Counted from the stretch's first letter, positions 1 through 13,830 are shown. The stretch is DNA of 64,000 bases from Phoronis australis (GCA_002633005.1 NMRA01000057.1:956005-1020004); one strand, 5' to 3'. Translations and numbers: made by a program. Notes: generated by a model not told the origin, from the sequence alone.

Positions 1-229
1 TTTATCCAAATAGCAACTAAATTACAGAGAACTCGAGAGAGAGAGACAGTGTATATGTTCTGGAAGTACAACCTGAATGTTATTTTGGGCGTTATATTCA
101 GTTTCAACCACCTGGGTCGCGTGATCATGTCCTCTCTTTATTAATTCAAGTTGGTGACCTAGGCTGATGTTTTAGAGTTCCACATAGTTGTGAAATGCTA
201 GTTGTAACTATGACACAGTTAAATTTTAG

Positions 230-352
230 GATTCGCCGGAGCTGAGCAGTACCACCACAATTCTTTCTTTGGTCCTGGCCAAGGCGTTATTTGGTTGGAC
301 GAACTGGGGTGTTTTGGAATGGAAACGGATGTGTCCAGTTGTAGGCATTCCG
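230..352 (+). CDS. SRCR-CUB gene exon: C-terminal half of SRCR domain 1
   Basis: ttttag|GA TTC...TCC G|gtaggt. Reads GFAGAEQYHHNSFFGPGQGVIWLDELGCFGMETDVSSCRHS, the FGxGxGxIWLD-C-G-E-C motif of SRCR. Confidence 0.9.
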
Positions 353-2133
353 GTAGGTAACTTGCACTCATAAGATAACAGGGACAGTCGTACAAGCTGC
401 GGACGAATATTTGAGTTATAGGGTGCTGTTGCAGTGCACAGATATTACCCACTATTACGACGATTGGTTTGGAACGTCGCTGAAGTACCTTTAGCGTGCA
501 CATTCAATGCTGCGTTTGCCTACTCACGCCCAATGAGTATTCCTCAGAGAGCAAAACGTTTTGACCATTAAGTGGCATTAAGCCGTACAAGTGTTAGCAT
601 TATAAAACTGGTCTCATCCAATATAAGTGTTTGTTTCTGACCTTTATAAGGACTGGCAGTTGTTCCGCGTCTCAAATTTTGAGGCCAATTTTATAGCGAC
701 AAGTCGACAAAAATACGTATCTTGACAGAAAGCACGAATTTCATGCCGATTTAACTACCAAATTCACAAAATAAAAAAGTTTAACTTTCGGAAGTGCTTG
801 ACGTCGGCCATCCTTATTATTATCCAAGCAGTGGATCAGACCAAGCACGTGAGCGTTTTCTACAGAACATCACAACATTTCCCTTGCGTTTTCCCGACAG
901 ATCGTTTTCTTCCACTGGAAATAACTTCGTGCATATGGGTTGTCACCTAGTTGGTATTTTCCGTTCTCAGTTATCTAGCTTTTATGATACATACGCTTTC
1001 CTACATGCTCCGAGAGATGGCACAGCGAATTCTGTAGCATGTACATGTAACAAGTCTTACAGGTATTCGGATTGTTTGGATAATAACATCCAAACATTCT
1101 GATTGATGCCGGAAAATGTGCCACTTAACAGTTCCATCTATTGAGAAATGTGCTGCAACCACAAAAACATAAAATGAAGATACATCCCGAGAAAGTTCAT
1201 TTTTGGCACACGCAATGTTAACAGACGCCCAGCAAAGCAATTGAATGATACACTAGACTTCCGACTTGCTCCCGTACCAGGTGTACATACGACGCATGTG
1301 TAAGCCAAGATATGCGCAATGATGCTTGCGTCACTGAATTCTGCGTGTCGTAAATCATCATTGCATAGGATCACATTTCCATATAAGTAGCACTGTAACA
1401 GAGGGAAGCTTGTATTGAAGGGTGAATTTCCTTAAAAGCATGAAAGTTTTGAGAGATCCAGTTGAGGTAACAAAACACAGAAGAATTGAGTCAAAGACTG
1501 GAAAGTTCTAGTGCTTACTCGATGTCGCGTCATCTGGTTAAATCGCTACCTATTGGCCAAAACGATAATAACACCACTAGCCAAGCTGAGTTTCGTGAGA
1601 GACAGGCGCAGCGTTGCTAAATCAAGTAAGCAAATTCCAGTATTTGATAAAATTATTCTGTAGTCTGATAAATTTTCTTATTATTGAAATGATATTTATA
1701 TTTTTGTGTAAATATCTGAAACATAATAGAAGGGTTTAAATATGCTTTTGCTAACGTGAAAAAATCAAAACCAGTACCCAGTAATTTTGGTTTTATGTGA
1801 ATGTTGAAACTAGAATTCAATTATCAACATTTTCTTCTACAAAATGGTAATATGGAAGAATACAGTGTGTAACAAACACTGGGAAAATCTTCTCATGTCT
1901 TCTGTGGAGATCACATTGGTGTATGTGAATGATTCTCAGTTTTGTTTTTCTATGAGTACAGTGCGCTTGCTTCACTCAATAAATATTTATCAAAATATTT
2001 TGCTGGCTATATTTTCCTTAGGAGGGTTTCAACAAAATTTTCGCTGCGCCTTTTTGAATTTATCGTGGTCGTTTGATTACCTAAGCATCTGTCTGTCCGG
2101 TCTCTGACTTTTCATTGTAGTTGCGTCTTGCAG

Positions 2134-2319
2134 GGTGGGGAATACACAACTGTAACAAGGGCCATTCAGAAGATGCCTCCGTGGTTTGTAGGACAACTGA
2201 AAGTATAGGCAGAATACGTTTGACCGACGGAGACTCGAAGAAGATGGGGCGATTGGAAGTATGGTACAATGACACATGGGGCACCGTCTGTGAGCAGAAT
2301 TTTACCTTGACAGAAGCCA
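2134..2319 (+). CDS. SRCR-CUB gene exon: end of SRCR1 and start of SRCR2
   Basis: ttgcag|GG TGG...GCC A|gtaagt. Reads GWGIHNCNKGHSEDASVVC-RTTESIG-RIRLTDGDSKKMGRLEVWYNDTWGTVCEQNFTLTEA. Phase 1-1. Confidence 0.93.
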
Positions 2320-4289
2320 GTAAGTACTGTATAAATTGTAGATGAATTAGCAGGCATACAGACATGCTTGCGCACAAACATGCACAATTGTATGTATTAC
2401 AAATAAACATGCATACATATGTACATACCTATATAATGCATACATGATAAAGACATGAGTGTATACATCTACATGTACACACGCACGCACACGCGTGTAC
2501 TCACGCACTCATACATCCTCTCATCATACATGTAGGTGCAGCTGCATTAACTATGTATGCAACATCCACAATCAGTACATCAGACAAAAACCAACCGGGG
2601 TATGCATTCGACATTGATACAGTTGCGCTGTCCCCTCGATAGAAACCTTGTTGCTATATTTCATTCAACTTGAAAGACACGAAGGCAAAGCGTAAAAAAT
2701 AAGTCAGTTGCCAATAGGGGGCACAGAGGTAGCCGGATCCGTCCAAAGTTGATGTCAGCCGTTGTCAGCTCTTTAGATATGCATCTGCGAAGTTCCATAA
2801 AGATCCTGCAAGGGGTTTATGGTGGTACGCTATTGGTCAGATAGAGATGACAGCAATATGCACCTACATAGGTTTATGTAAAAAAAAATCTTGGCATCAC
2901 AAGGGAGCAACACTGTTTAATGAAGCAGGATCGTCATCCTCTCCATCGCCATCATCATAATCACCCTAAGTTTCAACTCACCGGATAGCCAGTGGGTTCT
3001 TAGCTGTAGGAGCTTTAAAATAAGTTTTCTGAGTACTTTAATATGGTAATTTTACGTTTTTCACCTTGCTCATGAGTGCACTTTTCAGGAAAAAGATGTC
3101 CCGCATTGGATCTTCCACATTTTAATATAACCTGCAAAGGAATTTGGCGGAAAATGGTAAGAGGTTGAACACATGAGAGTTGAGTCAATAGTTTCGCAAA
3201 GCGGCGCGAACGTGAATTATCACGTCATTGTTGGCTGCGACGTTATCCTGATAGCGTTTGAGTACGTGACGCGAATACAGAGAGATTCGCATTGTTTTAA
3301 ATGCGAAACCCGTGGCCTCTTTTTAATTTACATCTGGTAGAACATCGAAATGATTTTTATTTTGACTTGGTTCTGAATCTTTCTTCTTTACTTCAGAATA
3401 AAATAAACACGATTCTTTGGTCAACAAATGTTCTTAAAGTTCATTAGAAAGGAGAGCACCCTTTCCAAAATCTTATTCTGTCGGGCGTCGCTGGATATCA
3501 TCGAACAAGAATGGAATTTTACCACATATAATTGTGTGTTGTTAATTTTTTGCATGCTTTATTGCCATGCATTTATTTATTTGAAACTGCAAACAAATTT
3601 TGCATTCGAAGACTTTACCATTTCTCGCAGAAATTCGTATAAACGATTTTTTCACGTAAAAGAAGTTGCATTGGCAGAGTGACTTTTAAGTTTTTTCTAA
3701 ACTAGCTGACATGTACGGGACCTAGTATAATAACTGGGCACCCTGGGTTCATTTATTCAGTTCACGTTAACTTTCACATTCACGTGAGCTGGGCTGGCTT
3801 TTCCCTGTTTTTTGCAACTAAGGAAGCCGATTCGGCAAGTATGAAAGCCAGAAACAGAAAAAAAAACGTAACCAGATCAAATCAAAGACCTGCCAACGTT
3901 AAAAATGTAGTTCCCGGCAGAGTGCAATCGTCTCGACTGCTCTTCAGTCATTGGCACATTCGAGCTTTCTTGGAAGCGTGCGAGGAACCGACGAATATGT
4001 ATTAATTTCTTCAGTAAAACTGTTGGAAAAACAAAACTGTTAGCTAAAAATATCTCAACGTTATATGGAGTATATTGTAAACGAGCATACAATAGAAAGC
4101 AAATAATTTGTAAAAAGCGCAGAGACATCTATTGCCACAGGTTGTTGGTCGTGGGTCGTAGGGGTTGTGTGTCAAGGGGGTTTTGGGTCGAGGTGGTCGT
4201 GGGGTGTGGGGGTTGAGGAACAATCCTTTAGCTGCTCTTTTCATATTTCGTGGTGTGTTTTCAAATGAGGTGAACACCTGAAACATCTG

Positions 4290-4530
4290 CTATGTCATCT
4301 GTATGTCCTTTGTATCCAGTGTTGGAAAATCCTCTCTTTCTTCTGCAAATGATTTTCCCATTTCTTGGGTAACTATGGTAAGACGGCTCACTATAACCTC
4401 TTCTGAGTTGTTGGCGACACTGTTTGTGATGGCAACTGTGTTTTGTCACGTCCTTCCATTCTGATGCCTTCTCACAATTTTTTACCAATTGGCCTATTTC
4501 GGGTCCAGCCACCATCCAGAGCCAAAGAGA
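4290..4530 (-). mobile_element. Decayed large DNA-transposon protein fragment (Academ-like)
   Basis: Frameshifted translation WMVAGPEIGQLVKNCE...HHKQ...EMGKSFAEEREDFPTLDTKDI. This resembles the RWMVAGPE..HHEQ..MGNPF..LDTKEI segment I recall from such proteins; the superfamily call is tentative. Confidence 0.5.
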
Positions 4531-4941
4531 CTACATAATGCTAGGAAACATCTGTAAAATGTTGATATTGAATAGCAACCTTCAAGGAAGTTCATCTTTC
4601 ATAAGCTGATAGTGTCGCAGTGTTTTATTTAGTTCTAATTGTCAGACGATTGTCTGTGTGGGTTTGTTTAAAAGGTAGCTATGCTTTGAAGTTGTGCGTA
4701 GATGGAGAGTGAATAATCAAATCCAATAATTAATTTATTATATGATAACCCCTAATTAGAGAAATGAAACCTATCGTTAATTAAGTAATCAACGACAAAG
4801 AGAAACTACGCTAGCGCCCTCTTTAAAGATTACTTTAATTCAAACAACCAAACGATCAAATGTCTTATCTGCTATCCAAGCTAGGACTCTCCACTTGTTG
4901 GATGTCTGTCCTGTTGGCGAATCTTCGAACTACACACACAC

Positions 4942-5753
4942 TGTATAGCGACAGTTTACTTGCTGGTCACCGTCTCTGGNAACAGTTACGGTTTCATTCA
5001 ACAACAGCAAATCTTCAGAATATAAGTCACCACTGAACAATGACACTATGTCAGAATATAGTCTGACAGTATTACTAGTTGTATTGTTTTGTTTTGTTAT
5101 TAAGTTTGATTTGCATGACCCCTGAGTTAAGTACAATGATGATGTAATTTGTTTACTACAGAATAGTATGGAACTTTCTAGAAGACTCTAGCATGACAGT
5201 GATTGATGAAGTCTGGAATATTCTAGAGACTAGTACATGTTTGTAGAATGATTGGGTAGGTTCCAGAAAGTTCTGGTATGTGCTTGAATTGATGAAAAGT
5301 TCCAGAACAATGCATTAGGCTATAAATACACCAGCACTGGTTTGTGTTGGTCAGATTAAGTTAGTTGAGTCCAAGAAGATCAAGTCGGGAGATCAAGAGA
5401 AGATCAAGTAAGTTCAAGCAAGTTAATCAAGATAACTACAGTTGAGTTGCAGTGAAGAGAATCAGCAGTTACAGCGATAGTCAATAGAGAGCCAGCTATA
5501 GAGACAGCAGGTTATTGAACCAACGAGTGTAACAGTTGCTGGAAGTATCTCAGAAGTTCAACACAAGTCAAGGCTTCTTAGCACTGGCTGGAGCATGACA
5601 GACATTACGTCGGACGTTTTGTTTGAGTAGGCTTGTGAACGTACGGTCGGGATTAATAAAGGATTAACTCGAACCATTCTTCAGTCAATCTTCGCACCGA
5701 AAGCTATTAGCACCGGTCTGTAACAACCTGCGCCCACCCACACACACGTGACA
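4942..5753 (+). mobile_element. Solo-LTR-like element in an SRCR gene intron
   Basis: TGT...ACA candidate termini, TATAAATA at 5321, purine-rich transcribed-leader-like stretch, AATAAA at 5655. No clean TSD, so ends are approximate. Confidence 0.55.
5171..5328 (+). promoter_or_regulatory. Cluster of heat-shock-element-like nGAAn arrays upstream of a TATA box
   Basis: GAActTTCtaGAA 5171-5183, GAAtaTTCtaGAG 5216-5228, TTCcaGAAagTTC 5261-5273, TTCcaGAA 5300-5307, TATA at 5321. Confidence 0.55.
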
Positions 5754-5904
5754 CACTTGGCTATAGATATTGATGATTAGCCAGGAAACAAATGAATATT
5801 CTCACTGTTTTTCTACAATTTCTTAGTAATCAGGGTAATGACTTTGTTTTGGGCATAGGTGGCGAAAGAAGTCGTCTGAAGAAGGCAAAATACAATGACT
5901 GTAA

Positions 5905-6012
5905 CCACAGATTATATACAACAGATTCGCAACTCCGACGTTTTCTTGCGTACTATCCGAGAGGCGGCGCCACTCCCCTAAATTACCAATTTCAGTTTCC
6001 GATTAGTGTATG
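5905..6012. repeat. Interspersed repeat; inverted copy at about 59915-60020
   Basis: agattatatacaacagattcgcaactccga.gttttcttgcg.actatcc matches the reverse complement of 59965-60014. Confidence 0.8.
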
Positions 6013-7444
6013 GAGGCACACTAAAGTTATTGCATTGTTTTGGCTGCCGACACACACCCAAGTGGAGACAAGTCCTTATCTGACGTCCTTATCGAGAGTC
6101 TGAAAAAAACAAAAGTTTTTTGGCGTTCCCAACTCAAAAGCACTACTCATGATAACTGAAACTTAATTCTGCTACATATTTTAAATCGGCTCATTTACAT
6201 CGGGAAAAGGTACACAAAAGTAGGACCAAAAACACCAAATTTGATCGTTTGCTCCCCAAATTTACTACATCTCTGCAAATGCTAGAAAAAATCTGACAAC
6301 AGAATGCCCTTTCTCTCTAGATTCTAAAACTGTGGTCATAGTACGCCCCTTACAGGCTACTTTTTTGGCAATTTGGATCCGTCTGGCTGCCACCTGAAAT
6401 CGCACCCGGTTTCTCAGTCAGCAGCCGACAGGGGTTGAAAGCAAATGACAGCCACCATTTTGCATGGAAAGTAGGTCACAGCTAAAAATCTTGGCTTTTC
6501 TCATTCAAAAACACAAGTAAAGCAGTTTCCTGGCAATTGTTTTCAATAAATTCCTCAAACCAACCGCCTAACCTGACTCACGCCCTGTATTTAAATTCTA
6601 AGCTACAAAATGCCCTGTGGCTACAGCCTAACTGTTCAGTGCTACAGCGACGGGAAATTCTCGTATCTATTTAACTGTCCAGTACAACAAATATATTAAT
6701 TTCGGAATGGAATTAACGCTGTTCAAAGTATTCCAATACTAGAACTGTTGGTATAGTGGGTACTTTTAGCATCCGACCACACAACTGCTGGCCGTGATTA
6801 GCAGACGACTTACTTGTAGGAAGTAAAACTTGTTAATTTGGCCAGGTGTCGCTAGTGAATAATGACGTCACGGCTTATGCGTAAGATACAGATTTCATCC
6901 ATTGAAAATATACGAAGTTGGCAGTCCATGTACTATAGTCTATGCTGTAACCTCGAGACATAAGAAAACAGTTTGTTTTATGATCATTACATACTTTCTC
7001 TTCTACCGGTGGCCATCTTGAAATAATCGCCGGCATATTGATGTTTTTAATGGATAGGCATTTTGAGAAAAAATCACTAAAGACTACATTCATGCCAAAT
7101 TTCATAATTGTATTATCAAGTGAACGATTCTGACCAAACATTCCATTAAGCTGGTCCACTCTATAATCCTTGCTAATGCCGCCTGTTGGGAAGGTACTTG
7201 AGATGCTTATTTTTACATGTAGTACTAAAAGTCGATGATAACAGGTAGATCGTATTGGCAAAATACCTAGATATGATGGGATTTCTGAACCCATGGAAGT
7301 TTGTGTGCACTGCCCAATTCTTGGGGATCCGTTGAAGATATGTTGAGTGAGCTACAGTACTTCGTTTTAGTCACATTTGTTTCCAGTTTTTCTTCATCAC
7401 CGACTTTATTTTTCTTTGATGAAAACGTTTTTTTTTTTTTGAAG

Positions 7445-7623
7445 ATGTCGTCTGCCGTCAGTTGGGAACGTCCACTGCTGCTAGTTTACGAAGCTTTAAG
7501 CCAACTAGTGGCACTGTGGATGTACCTGTGTGGTTAGACTGGGTGCGTTGTAATGGCAACGAGTCTTCAATAACACAATGCAATTATTCCTCGTTCGGCA
7601 TGTCTAGCTGCGACCATAGCCAG
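7445..7623 (+). CDS. SRCR-CUB gene exon: core of SRCR2
   Basis: polyT-gaag|AT GTC...CAG|gtaagt. Reads NVVCRQLGTSTAASLRSFKPTSGTVDVPVWLDWVRCNGNESSITQCNYSSFGMSSCDHSQ. Confidence 0.92.
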
Positions 7624-9388
7624 GTAAGTGTAGTGTCCTCGTGGTTGACTTTGACGTTGCCAGTACATAACACTTTGACATAATGGAACCCACTTTTTCA
7701 ACTTGTAATCAAATCTGTGCTGTTCTAATTTTACTGAAGAAATTAAACTTCTCCAGTAAGATATTTGTTCGTCTTGTTTTTTGTTTGTACGCACGATGCA
7801 GGTCGCATTTCTTATCTGATCGACCATGAATTTTACACACAGCGTGTGGTTTGCAAATTTCTCGAAGTCTGTAGTTCAGGTTACAGATCAAACGCATGAT
7901 GAAACTGTGGCAGCCATCTTGAAAGGAATTTTGGTTTTCCTAGTTCCGTTGCCGTTTTTCGCTAGCATCAGTTTTTAAAGCAATTTACCCCTTTTGTCCA
8001 TCTCATCGATAAACCTACGTCGCTGGGAAGTGTTAAATTGTTTGAAGTGCGGCGGTTCACCCTTCCTCGTCACCAATGTGTTATTTTGATCAATAACAAT
8101 AGCCGAGTTCTAGATGGAGGAGTGATTCATTCTAATGATATAAAGCGAAACAAAGCTGACATAAACAACAGGTGCGCATCAGCGATGTGACGTATGAAAG
8201 CTACAATTACCAGATCATTTTTATACAGATTAGTCTAAATTTTGCTGGGGAGGTCTGTAGCCAATGGTATTTTTATAAAGCTATTGGTTTTGGTGAGAAT
8301 CAGGTGAAGGACGGCGCAGTTAGGAAGAGTTTGCTATCGATTGCCGAGTATGAGAAGTTCCCAATTGACAGCCTGTTGTTAGGTTGAGTTATCTTCCGTA
8401 GACTGTCGGACGCTTATTTGCCAAGGGTACACTGCTGTTGGCTCTTTATAACGTGAATATCTTTGAAACAGTCCCTGTTGTCTAAACTATGTCAAGCGTG
8501 GACTAAAATGCCCAATTCTATACAAGATTTCCTTGAAGAAATTTCCACTTACTCCAAAACTCGCCTAGTTTTTCACTGGAATGACAGGGACTGTGAAGTT
8601 ACCTGAGCTGCTGACTGCACTGTGCAAATATGAGTTCGTGGTTTCAAAGATTGGCATAAGCGTTGGTTTGTTTTCGTGATTTTTGAATTGAATTGAATTT
8701 GTTTTATTTCATTTCTAGATTACTTTTCTATCGCTTCTTTAGCACCAATTCAATTTAATTTACTTCCATTAATGCCGTGAAAACATAGCAAGACGCATAC
8801 ACGTGAATTACGAACACCATTGCGTTATTTCAGTATTATCTAACTTTTAGTGTGGTCATCCCTCTGAGCAGCATCGTTGGTGTTTTTGAGATTGACTGTG
8901 ATGTTGTCGACGTTTACTTTGCATGTGTGGTTTGCACCAGTGTTGCATTTGACATTTGTGTGATTCGATTTTCCTTGTCGATCAGTGCAGCCACAGTACA
9001 CAACCCGTTTCAAGTAAGATGTTATGAATTTCGCATTACAAACACAAGGAAAAGCCTCTTTTACTTTATTTGCTCAGGCGAGTTTAAGTTATGAACAACA
9101 TTGTAATTGTGATTAGCAGTTTTTCCATCGTTGTTGACTCGCTGTCCAAGCACCGTGTAGCTGACGGCATCATTGGTGTGTTGTTTCCAGCGTCACCATC
9201 GATGTCTCCATCGTAGTCAACCTCAATTCAAGTTCTTCATTCCGTTTCTCTAAGGGTCGCTCTATCTGAGCGCTTTCATATCACTTATTTGTGGTTTTGG
9301 TCACCACGGTAATGGTTACAAGGTATTCGTAAAACACATGCGTGCTACGCGATTGAGATCAAGGCTACAGTGTATGTTAACTTTCTAG

Positions 9389-9511
9389 AGTGTTGGGATA
9401 GTTTGTGATGACGACAGTGGGCCGCCAGATGGCACTATAAAGCTGGTTGATGGCACTGACCCACCGCGGGATGGACGTGTTCTGATCTACCACAACCATC
9501 AATGGGGAACT
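9389..9511 (+). CDS. SRCR-CUB gene exon: end of SRCR2 and start of SRCR3
   Basis: ttctag|AGT...ACT|gtaagt, 123 nt, phase 0-0. Reads SVGIVCDDDSGPPDGTIKLVDGTDPPRDGRVLIYHNHQWGT. Confidence 0.9.
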
Positions 9512-9671
9512 GTAAGTACCGCTAGTGTGTCGTTAAGGTTATTATTAGACGCAGTCGCGTTGGCAGTAATTTGGTTAAAAAGGTTGCGATTTCTTTAAGG
9601 CGTACAGCTTACGATCCATTTCATTAATATTTCCGGCGATTTCATCTGCGACAAATGATGAGACTGGTATC

Positions 9672-9769
9672 GGTCAATATATATTGAAACCGTATGACTT
9701 CTCCGATTGATTCACATTGGGTGGTCAATATATATTGAAACCGTATGACTTCTCGGATTGATTCACATT
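9672..9769. repeat. 51-bp tandem duplication (2 copies)
   Basis: ggtcaatatatattgaaaccgtatgacttctc.gattgattcacatt at 9672 and 9723. Confidence 0.9.
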
Positions 9770-9809
9770 TGGGTATATTTGATATTTGGTATCAAACTGT
9801 GTCTTTAAG

Positions 9810-9947
9810 GTATGTAATCACGAATGGAACCTGTTAGACTCCAAAGTTGTATGCCATCAACTAGGCTTCAGTCCACCCAGTCAGACATTTACAGGAGGAA
9901 TTGCCGTTCCTGCGAAAGAGACAACTGCCAAATGGATAATGGGACAG
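9810..9947 (+). CDS. SRCR-CUB gene exon: middle of SRCR3
   Basis: tttaag|GTA...CAG|gtatgc. Reads VCNHEWNLLDSKVVCHQLGFSPPSQTFTGGIAVPAKETTAKWIMGQ. Confidence 0.9.
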
Positions 9948-10527
9948 GTATGCGGTCGCAGTCTTTGAAAATCTGCAGAGTGCTGTTGTTCATAGCCAAT
10001 GTATTATTTCGGAAACTGTAATTGTAAAAACATGGTATTTTTTCAAGTTTCTAGAATGAGAACTCAATGCAAATGCACTTCTTGTTGACCATCCGTAACA
10101 GCTCGGATCTTTGCGCGGCCTCAAATTTCCTATCGAGGACGAACATTATCTGCGCATGTACGGACTTCAGTCATATGGCAAGTCATGTGACTTTGAAAGT
10201 GGAAAATGCTTGGCAGTATGACTGCGATGATAGCGTTCACATGGCAGTAGGAACGTTGAGGCGTTCCGAACGACTTGTTGACTTGTGTATTCATCCGGAA
10301 CACTTCGGGTATTTTCGTAATCGCAGATTTCCCTTCAATGAGATTTGTCATATCTGCACATGTTCGAGCTTCAGTCATTCGGAAAGTCATGTGACTTCAA
10401 AAGCGGAGTCAGTGGTTGGTTATTCGAATGAGAGTCGTACATGTGAGGATGTGAAACACGAAGGAAATCTGTGGCTACAAAAATACCTGCAGCCAATGCC
10501 CATTATTCAGTTCACTCTTAACCGTAG

Positions 10528-10633
10528 GTGCAATGTTCAGGCACCGAGTTGAGGTTGACAGATTGCTCGCACCCTGGTTTTGGTAAAGCGAACTGCACTG
10601 GCTCTAGTGGAGATGTGTCAGTAAGGTGCGGTG
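10528..10633 (+). CDS. SRCR-CUB gene exon: end of SRCR3
   Basis: ccgtag|GTG...GGT G|gtgagt. Reads VQCSGTELRLTDCSHPGFGKANCTGSSGDVSVRCG. Confidence 0.9.
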
Positions 10634-11065
10634 GTGAGTATTGGTGGTGGTCGCGCTAAGTATGCACTGACGGACTGCTTTGAACAAAAACGAATTTTTT
10701 TAAAACCGTTATTGGACGGCAATGTACTCCCAGTTGTTTAGACGTCCTTAACTTATGCAGATCTATGGTCACAGATCGGGAACTAATACATGGATGTTGA
10801 ATTAAAATGCGACGCCGTCGTTCACGTTTACGACAGAACAGTTGCTCAGTGGATTAAACGTAGACCGTAGCTGCAGCGCCTACTTGAACTGATTGCACGT
10901 CATGCATGCCGTCGGATTTTAACAAAATTATGCAGATTTGTCAATAGAGTAAAATGTATAATTTCAAAATAAATGTAGTCATGCGTCGTTTACGAGTATA
11001 CGAAAGGAGTGCTCATGCTTACTTCTAATCTTTCATCTAACGACGTGACATCGTTGCTGTTTCAG

Positions 11066-11293
11066 ACCCACTAATTCCTAATGACATCCGTCTTTTCAAC
11101 GGCACCTCTCCGAATAACGGTTTACTAAAAGCGCTCTTCAACGGCACATGGCTGCCAGTGTGTAAAGCGGCTTTTGACACCGAAATTAAAAATGTTATAT
11201 GCCGCCAGTTGGGATACACAAGGTTTCACAACTTCACTACCCAGATAGGCAATATCTCTAATGAAAAAGTAGGAACGTATGCCTTGTGTACAG
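11066..11293 (+). CDS. SRCR-CUB gene exon: N-terminal part of divergent SRCR4
   Basis: tttcag|AC CCA...ACA G|gtaatg. Reads DPLIPNDIRLFNGTSPNNGLLKALFNGTWLPVCKAAFDTEIKNVICRQLGYTRFHNFTTQIGNISNEKVGTYALCT. Confidence 0.9.
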
Positions 11294-12679
11294 GTAATGT
11301 GGGTTGCTTGTAGTGGAGTTTGAATGGTAAGAACGTGGTGATATTTTTCAACATAAACTTTAAGGTTGTTTAGATTTTAAGGACAAGTCCGTGCATTCAG
11401 CCCAATTATCTACAAAACTACAAAGTTTAACTCAATGAAAGTATGTACTTTCTGTAGAATTTTGTTTGTGACATGATACCAATCTGCCATTGATTGGTTC
11501 ACGTGACGAAAGGTAGATTCATAGCAAAACAACGGCTTCATGAACATGACCTAATTTTGTGTGACGTAAAGGTTCAAATGCTGTGTTCTGATATCACAGC
11601 TTGGTTTTTGAATTGATCTTAGAGTTATGTCAAGAAAATAATATTTAATTTTAAGCCTCTTTGTCTGCTGTTAAACTGGTCCCGTGAAAAGCTTACTTTC
11701 TCAGATTAGAGATAATGTTAGGCTTTTTAGAAGAACTTAAGTTAAGTAAGTTTCTGCTAACAGTGTTTTATTATCACGGCAGGACTGTAGCAGCCGAAAA
11801 AGCTATATGGCCTTCAGCGGATACCCAAGCATTGTTATTGCATTCAATCCCAATTTAACTTAAGGATAAAAATACGATGTAAAAGCTGCGCAGGTGAAGT
11901 CGATTTTTGATACAAGAGCATGGTTAGCAGCGGAGGCATGATTTTTGTTAAATTTGTGAATGCGCATGCGCATTTTCAAACCTACTTAAATGTATTGTCT
12001 CAATGACATTTAAGGACATGAAAAGATCCTCAATCTTTCTTGCTGTGCAGAATTCAAAGCTTGAAAGTATTACAAAGCTGACAACATGATAATAATAATA
12101 ATAGTAATAATCATAGAAATTACGAAAGAGCTAGAGAACCTTTAAATGAGCATGCCACCAAAATGATGTATTTTGCACAGTTCAGCTTGACTAATTCCAT
12201 TCGGCAACAGCGCTGGAGGTGAAGGTACTGAGATTAGCGTGTCATGTCAACTTGTCATGACTGTATGTCGCGTAGTTCACTCGTGGCACACCGAATTTTG
12301 ACATTTGGCATTCGTCCAAGAGCAGTAGAGTTCCATTTTATTCACCTTGTGGAAAACTGGCCTATAGCATATATCGTAGATGAATTTTCAAGGTCTGAAA
12401 AATTCTCAGGCTGGACACAGAACGGTCTGCATTTGTTTGGTAAGTACAGGTCACAAACAAAAACGTCCCCACCGTCTAATTCAGCCTTGGCGAATGATTC
12501 AGATTTCGATTTGTTACTTTCGTTGAGACCGAGTGACCAGTTTTGGGCCATGTCCCGACCACTGTTCTTCATCACCAAATAAATCGTGCACGGAAAATGA
12601 ACCAAAGGAATTATCACTATACTCCGTTGAATCAGCCATTTAACACTTCAAGCGGTTGCTCAAGCTAGGCTACTTAACA

Positions 12680-13830
12680 GCTTATCTCCGGCATCAGTTG
12701 CGGTATATGCGACCTCTAGGGTTCTCATATCGCAGAATCTGTCCTGGCAAAAGCTTTACAAACACTTTTTATTGGGTTTAGCCTGGAATCTAATGGCATA
12801 CAATTACATCCTTGTTTCAATGTGTTTCTTTGCGCACTTCCGATGAATTAAACTACAATGTACGATAACACTGACACTCAACCTCGATGCACGGAAAGAT
12901 TCAAATAGAGTCTGATTGCATTTATAATTCTGGAACTCATTATAATTGATTAATGTTTTCCTGAACACATTTCCATCCATTAAAGCCACAAAAATGTCTA
13001 AGACAGTGACTCCAAAGTAATTTCTCAAATTTACCTGTTAGACATCCTTTATTGATATGCAGATTACAAAGACTAATTATACAATTCCCCGTCGTTACTC
13101 TCATTCATTTACAAAAACTCCGGTTTGCTTTCGTGGAGTAGCTAACCACTGAAACTTAAACTATTCCAACCAATGCCATTGTTAACAATTGGGTTAAATT
13201 ATTTCTTAAGGGTGGGAATCTAACTACATGTACGCTCCCTACCACTAAGTTATGTCTATCACATGAAAAAGAAGTTCCTGTTAACAAATTGAGAGCGGGT
13301 TGTACCTGATACAGCTCATAAAAGTTTTACCATAATTTTACCAACTTTACTAATAAGTATACTTGTGGTGCAACTAATAGTGATGATCACTACTTGCTCA
13401 CATGCCCCGTCTGTAGTGTTGAGCGTGAACGGCTCTTTTGCGGCCTCCAATTCAGTGATCAGCTCAACTCTCATTTTGACAACCTTAGTAAAAGGTTTTA
13501 AAAAATCAATCGTTATTGCATGGTGGCCAACACTTAGATTATGGCTGTAATGTTATTACTCCAAAAACTTTCCTAAATATCGTAGACAAGGATTGCTTTA
13601 CGATATGCTGACAGAATATTTTGTTTATTTTTGTTAATTAATATGTTTGTCCTTTAATTCCGTATGATTCCCTTTTATTTTCGTTACTTTCCTTGGGTTA
13701 CTGATCATTACAATATTTTTACTTAAATAACTTATTGCTTTTTATATATAAGTTTGGATATAACAATTTCCTTTTCTTGGCTAGTTCTCTGTACAATTAG
13801 TGTATGGTTGAGTTGCAATAAAAATAAAAA
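12680..13830 (+). mobile_element. Decayed CR1/L2-group LINE 3' end
   Basis: 13322-13438 translates as KFYHNFTNFTNKYTCGATNSDDHYLLTCPVCSVERERLF, aligning with KFRHNFNNISPLCSCGDTQTYPHVFFACEVCKEERVQLF of the LINE at 60755-61732. AATAAA and A-rich tail at about 13817-13830. The 5' boundary is approximate. Confidence 0.6.

Noticed and set aside
4140-4218. G-rich ggtcgtggg repeats with G-quadruplex potential
   Set aside because: Low-complexity repeat next to a transposon remnant; no evidence of function.
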